Assembly: GCA_041618235.1 (NCBI GenBank)
Contig: JBFJNI010000003.1
Span: 7,253-71,252, forward strand
DNA length: 64,000 nt
Direction: 5' to 3'
Source of the DNA: Acidimicrobiales bacterium
GTDB lineage: Bacteria; Actinomycetota; Acidimicrobiia; Acidimicrobiales; Salinilacustritrichaceae
Shown: positions 58,328-64,000 of the stretch, piece by piece
Layout of the letters: each line of letters opens with the position of its first letter
How positions within the stretch are numbered: the stretch's first letter is position 1
Made by a program: the position numbers and the translations under genes
The notes under the pieces: model-generated
What the model was told of the DNA's origin: nothing
Databases searched by the model: none
Seen by the model: only the letters and a program-made list of their open reading frames with translations

Positions 58328-59965
58328 ATGGACACCATGCGTATGGATCGGTTCACTCGTCGGCGAGCACTCCGGGTCATGGTCGTGGGTGCGCTCACGA
58401 CCGGGATCCTGGCCGTGCCGGCGCCTCCCGCCCAGGCGGGCCTGCTGGGTGGCGTGCTCGGCACGGTGGGCGGAGTGGTGGACTCGACCCTCGACACGGT
58501 CGATGGCGTGGTCGGCGTCCTGCAGGCGGGTTGGGACGACGACGCGCGGACGCCGCCGATCCCGATGTCGATGGTCGCCGACGCCATCGGCGCCGACGAT
58601 CTGTGGCGGCAGGGCCAGGACGGCCGCGGTGTCGACGTGGCCGTGATCGACACGGGCATGGTCCCGGTCGAGGGCCTGGACGGCGCCGGCAAGGTGGTCA
58701 ACGGTCCGGATCTGTCCTTCGAGTCGCAATCCGACGACCTGCGATACCTCGACGGTTTCGGTCACGGCACGCACATGGCCGGGATCATCGCCGGGAGCGA
58801 TGGCGCCGACGGCGGCTTCCGAGGGATCGCACCCGGTGCACGACTCGTCAACCTCCGGGTCGGTACGCATGACGGCGCCGTCGACGTGAGTCAGGTGATC
58901 GCGGCCATCGACTGGGTGGTCCAGCACCGCCGTTCCGACGGCCTCAACATCCGTGTCCTCAACCTTTCGTTCGGGACCGACGGGGTGCAGCCCGCATCCG
59001 TGGACCCGCTCGCCCACGCCGTGGAGGTCGCCTGGCGAAGTGGCATCGTCGTCGTCGTCGGCGCCGGCAACGACGGCTCCAGCCGAGCCGTCCTCTCGAA
59101 CCCGGCGACCGATCGCTACGTCCTCGCCGTCGGCGCCGTGGACCTCGTCGGCACGCCATCGGCGCTCGACGACGTGGTCGCTCCCTTCTCGAGCCGGACC
59201 TCGAGCGGGCGCACGGTCGACGTCGTCGCCCCGGGCGTCAGCCTCATGGGCCTCCGGAACCCCGGCTCGACCATCGACCGGGAGCACCCGAACGCCGTGG
59301 TCGACCAGCGGTACTTCCGTGGCAGCGGTACCTCGCAGGCCGCGGCCGTCACCTCCGGTGCCGCCGCCCTGCTGCTGCAGGGCCGCCCCTCGCTGACGCC
59401 CGACGACGTGAAGCGCGTGCTCACGGCCTCGGCGACCCCGCTCCTCGGCCAGGACGGTCGAGCGGCCGGCAGCGGGCGCATCGACGTGCTCGCCGCGTCG
59501 CGTACCCGGCCAGGCCGGTCGGCGCAGACCTGGTCGACCAGCCGGGGCACGGGTTCGCTCGAGCAGGCCCGCGGCACGAGCCACGTCGCCGACGACGGCG
59601 TCGAGCTCCGCGGCGAGGTCGACATCTTCGGTCGGGCATGGAACGGGGCCGCCTGGGCCGCGAGTGCCTCGGCCGGGACGTCGTGGAACGGCGGTTCGTG
59701 GAACGGCTCCGAGTGGACCGGCACCTGCTGGTGCGAGACCAGCTGGGCGGGCGAGAGCTGGGAGGGCCGCTCGTGGACCGGTCGTTCCTGGACTGGTCGT
59801 TCCTGGACGGGCCGCTCGTGGACCGGTCGCTCGTGGACGGGTCGTTCGTGGACCGACGAGGAGTGGACCGGCCGTTCGTGGACGGGCCGTTCGTGGACCG
59901 GCCGTTCCTGGACCGCCGCCGGCTGGGAAGACCGTGCCGGCAACCGGGGGGCCGGGGGCTCGTGA
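58328..59965 (+). CDS. Secreted S8 (subtilisin-like) serine peptidase with a Trp-periodic C-terminal tail
   Basis: Catalytic triad AVIDTG, GHGTHMAG and SGTSQAA; oxyanion GAGNDG; signal peptide TRRRALR...AQA. The start may be 58337 or 58343. Confidence 0.92.
   Translation: MDTMRMDRFTRRRALRVMVVGALTTGILAVPAPPAQAGLLGGVLGTVGGVVDSTLDTVDGVVGVLQAGWDDDARTPPIPMSMVADAIGADDLWRQGQDGRGVDVAVIDTGMVPVEGLDGAGKVVNGPDLSFESQSDDLRYLDGFGHGTHMAGIIAGSDGADGGFRGIAPGARLVNLRVGTHDGAVDVSQVIAAIDWVVQHRRSDGLNIRVLNLSFGTDGVQPASVDPLAHAVEVAWRSGIVVVVGAGNDGSSRAVLSNPATDRYVLAVGAVDLVGTPSALDDVVAPFSSRTSSGRTVDVVAPGVSLMGLRNPGSTIDREHPNAVVDQRYFRGSGTSQAAAVTSGAAALLLQGRPSLTPDDVKRVLTASATPLLGQDGRAAGSGRIDVLAASRTRPGRSAQTWSTSRGTGSLEQARGTSHVADDGVELRGEVDIFGRAWNGAAWAASASAGTSWNGGSWNGSEWTGTCWCETSWAGESWEGRSWTGRSWTGRSWTGRSWTGRSWTGRSWTDEEWTGRSWTGRSWTGRSWTAAGWEDRAGNRGAGGS
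59630..59929 (+). repeat. Coding 15-bp tandem repeat encoding 20 pentapeptides (19 with Trp at position 4; 9 exact GRSWT)
   Basis: GGY CGY TCS TGG ACN units at 59765-59854 and 59870-59914, with synonymous variation. Confidence 0.95.
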
Positions 59966-62463
59966 GCGCCGGGCGTCTCCGTCCGGTCTCCGCCCTCGCG
60001 GCTGTGACCTGCCTGGTCGCGGTCGGCATCACGTGGCCGACCCGCGACTTCGCGCCCATGGGCAGCGTCTCGGTGCCTTGGCTGGCGATCGCCGCGGCCT
60101 ACGCCATGACCGAGATGTGCCTCGTGCACTTCGAGCACCGGAACGAGGCGCAATCGCTGTCGTTCAGCGCGGTCCCGCTCGTGGTGGGGTTGTACGTCCT
60201 GAGTGCACCGCTCCTCATCCTCGCCCGTCTCGCCGGATCAGCGTTCGCGCTCGTGATCCACCGCCGGCAGACGCCGCTCAAGCTGTTCCTGAACATCTCG
60301 GCCTTCTGGCTCGGGGACGTCCTGGCGATCCTGGCATTCCGCTCCGTGGTGGCCGACGGTGCGTTCGGCCCGGCGACGTGGCTCGCCGCGATCGTCGCCG
60401 CCGTGGTGTCCGACCAGGTGCAGGGTCTCGTCGTCATGCTCGCCATCAGCCTCCATCAGCGACGGCTGGAGATCCTCAACGGCCCCGTCCTCCTCGGCCC
60501 CGTTTCCACCGTCGTGAATGCCGGCCTCGCGATCGTCGCCGTCACCTTGCTGGAGGCCGAGCCGATGGCCCTGGTGCTCCTCGGTCTCGCGGTGCCGGTG
60601 CTGATCGTGTCGTACCGAGTGCACGCCCGACTGCTCGAACAGCACCGCAACCTCGAGCAGCTCTATGCGTTCACGCGCCGCATCAGCGAGTCGGTGGTCG
60701 ACGACCGCGTGATCGCGACGCTGCTCGACCAGGTCCGCGAGCTGATGCACGCCGACTCGGCGTGGCTCTGCATCGACGACGGCGGATCGATGCTCCACAT
60801 CTCGTGCCGTCCCGACGGGGCGGACCCCGAGGCCGCGCTCATGCCGGCCGGCAGCATCGACGACCTCCTCCACCGACGCGCGCACGATCACGGGCAACCG
60901 CTGCTCGTGACGGCGGCGAACGACACCGAGCTCCACCACGGGCTCCGGGACCTCGGCGCTCGTCAGGTGCTCATCGCCCCGATCGGCATGGTGGGCGGCT
61001 CACCCGCCACCGTCGTGGTGGCGGACCGCAGCGGAGAGGTCCGCGACTTCGGTGCCGACGACCTCCGCCTCTTCGCCACCCTGGTCGGCCACGCCGCGAC
61101 GACGCTCGAGAACGACCACCTGGTCGACCAACTCCGCGTGCAGGCGGCCGAGAGCGAGTTCCAGGCCCTGCACGACGCCCTCACGGGATTGCCGAACCGC
61201 AGCATGTTCGGTCAGCGGCTGGTCGAAGCGCTGGAGAGCGGCAAGCCGGCGGCCGTCCTCCTCCTCGACCTGGATCGCTTCAAGGAGGTCAACGACACGC
61301 TGGGGCACCACAACGGCGACGTCCTGCTCCGCTCGGTCGCCGACCGGCTGCGCGATGCGGTCGATTCGTCGGCGATGGTCGCCCGGTTCGGCGGCGACGA
61401 GTTCTCGATCCTGCTCCCGGACGCTGGTGGTGTGGCGGAGGTGATCGACGTCGCCCGTGCGATCAACGCAACGCTCGAGGCGCCGCTCGCCGTGGCCAAC
61501 CTCGAGGTCGTGGTCGGCGCGAGCATCGGGATCGCGATGACCCCCGAGCACGGCACCGACGTCGCCACGCTGCTCAGTCGCGCCGACATCGCGATGTACG
61601 CGGCGAAGACCGACCGCAGTGGCGTCGAGGTCTACGACGTCGAGCGCGACGACCACAGCCCGGACCGGTTGGTGCTCGCAGGTCGCATCCGCGAAGCGAT
61701 CGAACACGGCGACCTCGCGGTGCACTTCCAGCCGCAGATGTCGCTGGCGACCGGGGCGGTCATCGGAGCCGAAGCGCTGGTCCGGTGGGACGGGGATCCG
61801 ACCGTGAGGATCTCGCCCGCCGAGCTGGTTGCCATCGCGGAGAACACGGGTCTGATCCGTCGGCTGACCATGCACGTGCTCGAGCGAGCGATCCGCGAGT
61901 GTCGGCGGTGGCGCGATGGCGGCCGCGAGCTCCGGGTCTCCGTCAACCTGTCCGCCCACGATCTGCTCGACTCCGGCCTGGTCGACGACGTACTCGAGCT
62001 GCTCATCGCCTCCGACGTGCCGCCGTCGGCGCTCTGCCTCGAACTCACCGAGACGAGTGTCATGGCGGATCCGACGAGGACCATCGCGGTGCTCCAGGAT
62101 CTCCACCGCACGGGCATCGAGATCGCCGTCGACGACTTCGGCACGGGCTACTCCTCCCTGTCGTACCTCAGTCAGCTCCCGGTGGACGAGGTGAAGATCG
62201 ACCGCTCGTTCGTCATGGGCATGGACGAGGACGCGGGCGACGAGGTCATCGTCCGCTCGGTCGTCGACCTCGGTCGCAACCTGCGACTCCGGGTCGTCGC
62301 CGAGGGCATCGAGACGGAAGAGGCCCGCCAGCGGCTGTGCGAGCTCGGCTGCACCGCCGGGCAGGGCTACCTGTTCAGCCGCCCGCTGCCGGCGGACGAG
62401 TTCGCGAGCTGGCTCACCGGAGCAGACGCCCACCCCGACCGGCTGGTGGCCCGCACCGCCTGA
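59962..62463 (+). CDS. Membrane sensor + GAF + GGDEF + EAL (diguanylate cyclase/phosphodiesterase)
   Basis: About 7 N-terminal TM segments, HDALTGLPNR, DLDRFKEVND, GGDEF, AEALVRW and DDFGTGYSS. GTG 59962 overlaps the peptidase TGA. Confidence 0.93.
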   Translation: MSAGRLRPVSALAAVTCLVAVGITWPTRDFAPMGSVSVPWLAIAAAYAMTEMCLVHFEHRNEAQSLSFSAVPLVVGLYVLSAPLLILARLAGSAFALVIHRRQTPLKLFLNISAFWLGDVLAILAFRSVVADGAFGPATWLAAIVAAVVSDQVQGLVVMLAISLHQRRLEILNGPVLLGPVSTVVNAGLAIVAVTLLEAEPMALVLLGLAVPVLIVSYRVHARLLEQHRNLEQLYAFTRRISESVVDDRVIATLLDQVRELMHADSAWLCIDDGGSMLHISCRPDGADPEAALMPAGSIDDLLHRRAHDHGQPLLVTAANDTELHHGLRDLGARQVLIAPIGMVGGSPATVVVADRSGEVRDFGADDLRLFATLVGHAATTLENDHLVDQLRVQAAESEFQALHDALTGLPNRSMFGQRLVEALESGKPAAVLLLDLDRFKEVNDTLGHHNGDVLLRSVADRLRDAVDSSAMVARFGGDEFSILLPDAGGVAEVIDVARAINATLEAPLAVANLEVVVGASIGIAMTPEHGTDVATLLSRADIAMYAAKTDRSGVEVYDVERDDHSPDRLVLAGRIREAIEHGDLAVHFQPQMSLATGAVIGAEALVRWDGDPTVRISPAELVAIAENTGLIRRLTMHVLERAIRECRRWRDGGRELRVSVNLSAHDLLDSGLVDDVLELLIASDVPPSALCLELTETSVMADPTRTIAVLQDLHRTGIEIAVDDFGTGYSSLSYLSQLPVDEVKIDRSFVMGMDEDAGDEVIVRSVVDLGRNLRLRVVAEGIETEEARQRLCELGCTAGQGYLFSRPLPADEFASWLTGADAHPDRLVARTA

Positions 62464-62539
62464 CCCTGGCCCGCCGGATCGAGTCCCGGGGTCGCGTGCA
62501 CCGGTTCGGGCGTGCCCCTTGGCATGCTGGCCGTCGGTC

Positions 62540-64000
62540 ATGGCTGCTCACACCCCGCCCGCGCTCGAGATCGCGTATCCGCCCGATCTGCCCATCTCGG
62601 CGCGCCATGACGAGCTGCTCGACACCATCCGCGACCACCAGGTCGTGGTCGTCGCCGGCGAGACCGGATCGGGCAAGAGCACGCAGCTGCCCAAGATCTG
62701 CCTCGAGCTGGGCCGGGGCGCGTCGGTCGACGGTCGGGGCGGTCTGATCGGGCACACCCAGCCCCGCCGCATCGCTGCCCGCTCCGTGGCCGAGCGGGTC
62801 GCCGAGGAGCTCGGCACCGAGATCGGCGGCGTCGTGGGCTATGCGGTCCGCTTCACCGATCGGGTCGGCGGTGACACCCGCTTGAAGGTCATGACCGACG
62901 GCATCCTGCTCAACGAGCTGCAGCGAGATCGTGAGCTGCGGCGCTACGACACGATCATCGTCGACGAGGCCCACGAGCGGAGCCTGAACATCGACTTCAT
63001 CCTCGGCTACCTCAAGGAGCTGTTGCCACGACGGCCCGACCTCAAGGTCATCGTCACCTCGGCAACCATCGACACCGAACGGTTCGCCGAGCACTTCGTC
63101 GGTGCCGACGGACCCGCTCCCATCATCGAGGTGTCGGGCCGGACGTACCCTGTCGAGGTCCGCTACCGCCCGCAGGAGGAGCGTGACGATCTCGTCCAGG
63201 CCGCCGCCGACGCCGCGGCCGAGCTCCTCGCCGAGGGGATGGGTGACGTCCTCGTGTTCCAATCGGGCGAGCGCGAGATCCGCGACACCGCCGACGCCAT
63301 CGAGGCGCTGGGGCTGCGCGACACCGAGGTGCTCCCGCTGTTCGCCCGGCTGTCGGCGGCCGAGCAGCACCGGGTCTTCTCCTCGCATCGCGGTCGGCGC
63401 GTCGTGATCGCCACCAACATCGCCGAGACGTCGCTCACGGTGCCTGGCATCCGGTCGGTGGTCGACCCGGGCACCGCCCGCATCTCTCGGTACAACAAGC
63501 GGACCAAGGTGCAGCGGCTCCCCATCGAAGCGATCTCGCAGGCCTCGGCCGACCAGCGAGCCGGTCGGTGCGGGCGGGTCGCACCGGGTGTGTGCATCCG
63601 GCTCTACGCCGAGGACGACCACCTCGAACGCCCCGAGTTCACCGAGCCGGAGATCCTGCGCACCAACCTGGCGTCGGTCATCCTCCAGATGACGGCCCTC
63701 GGTCTCGGCGACGTCGAGTCGTTCCCGTTCGTCGAGCCGCCCGACCGACGCAACATCGCCGACGGCATCACCCTGCTCGAGGAGCTCGGTGCGCTGCAGC
63801 TCGACCGTCCGGCTCACGATCGCCGGCTCACGAAGCTCGGTACCCGGCTCGCCCGGCTGCCGGTCGACCCCACGTTGGGCCGCATGGTGCTCGAGGCCGA
63901 GCGGAACGGTTGCGTGCACGAGGTGATGGTCATCGCGGCGGCGCTGTCGATCCAGGACGTGCGCGAGCGGCCCACCGGCCAGGAGCAGGTGGCGGGCGAG
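62540..64000 (+). CDS. hrpA: ATP-dependent RNA helicase HrpA (runs off the window)
   Basis: Not in the ORF track because it is truncated. Manual translation gives GETGSGKSTQLP, TQPRRIAA, DEAHERS, TSAT, ATNIAETS and QRAGRCGR. Confidence 0.95.
   Translation, partial: MAAHTPPALEIAYPPDLPISARHDELLDTIRDHQVVVVAGETGSGKSTQLPKICLELGRGASVDGRGGLIGHTQPRRIAARSVAERVAEELGTEIGGVVGYAVRFTDRVGGDTRLKVMTDGILLNELQRDRELRRYDTIIVDEAHERSLNIDFILGYLKELLPRRPDLKVIVTSATIDTERFAEHFVGADGPAPIIEVSGRTYPVEVRYRPQEERDDLVQAAADAAAELLAEGMGDVLVFQSGEREIRDTADAIEALGLRDTEVLPLFARLSAAEQHRVFSSHRGRRVVIATNIAETSLTVPGIRSVVDPGTARISRYNKRTKVQRLPIEAISQASADQRAGRCGRVAPGVCIRLYAEDDHLERPEFTEPEILRTNLASVILQMTALGLGDVESFPFVEPPDRRNIADGITLLEELGALQLDRPAHDRRLTKLGTRLARLPVDPTLGRMVLEAERNGCVHEVMVIAAALSIQDVRERPTGQEQVAGE

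Noticed and set aside
59765-59914. 15-bp tandem repeat as a possible CRISPR array or VNTR-type non-coding element
   Set aside because: There are no spacers or cas genes; the repeat is in-frame coding with third-position variation.

Overview
A high-GC window with gene content typical of an actinobacterium (probably Acidimicrobiia; this is inferred, not verified). It holds about 52 protein-coding genes and is truncated at both ends: a fatty-acid hydroxylase/sterol-desaturase gene on the left and hrpA on the right. I found no rRNA, tRNA, CRISPR array or mobile element. Most genes are ordinary lipid, redox and transport metabolism. Two loci stand out. (1) 5241-20101 is a surface-glycan cluster: GT2-GT4 fusion, GT-C-like membrane protein, flippase-like protein, Ig-like extracellular proteins and two STAS proteins. 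It is transcribed divergently from a signalling operon (PAS hybrid kinase, H-NOX, histidine kinase, REC-EAL) and flanked by an orphan OmpR regulator. A shared CTTGA-N6-CTTGA direct repeat occurs in four of its intergenic regions, and its largest gene is interrupted by one in-frame TAG. (2) 58328-62463 is a translationally coupled pair: a secreted subtilase ending in a Trp-periodic (GRSWT)n tail, and a membrane GAF-GGDEF-EAL protein. Other oddities are an RluA-methyltransferase fusion, a CBS-UbiB kinase fusion, a PP2C phosphatase with an unassigned N-terminal domain, a large LPXTG adhesin with Cys-stapled repeats, and two structured leaders. All calls come from reading motifs by eye; no database searches were run.
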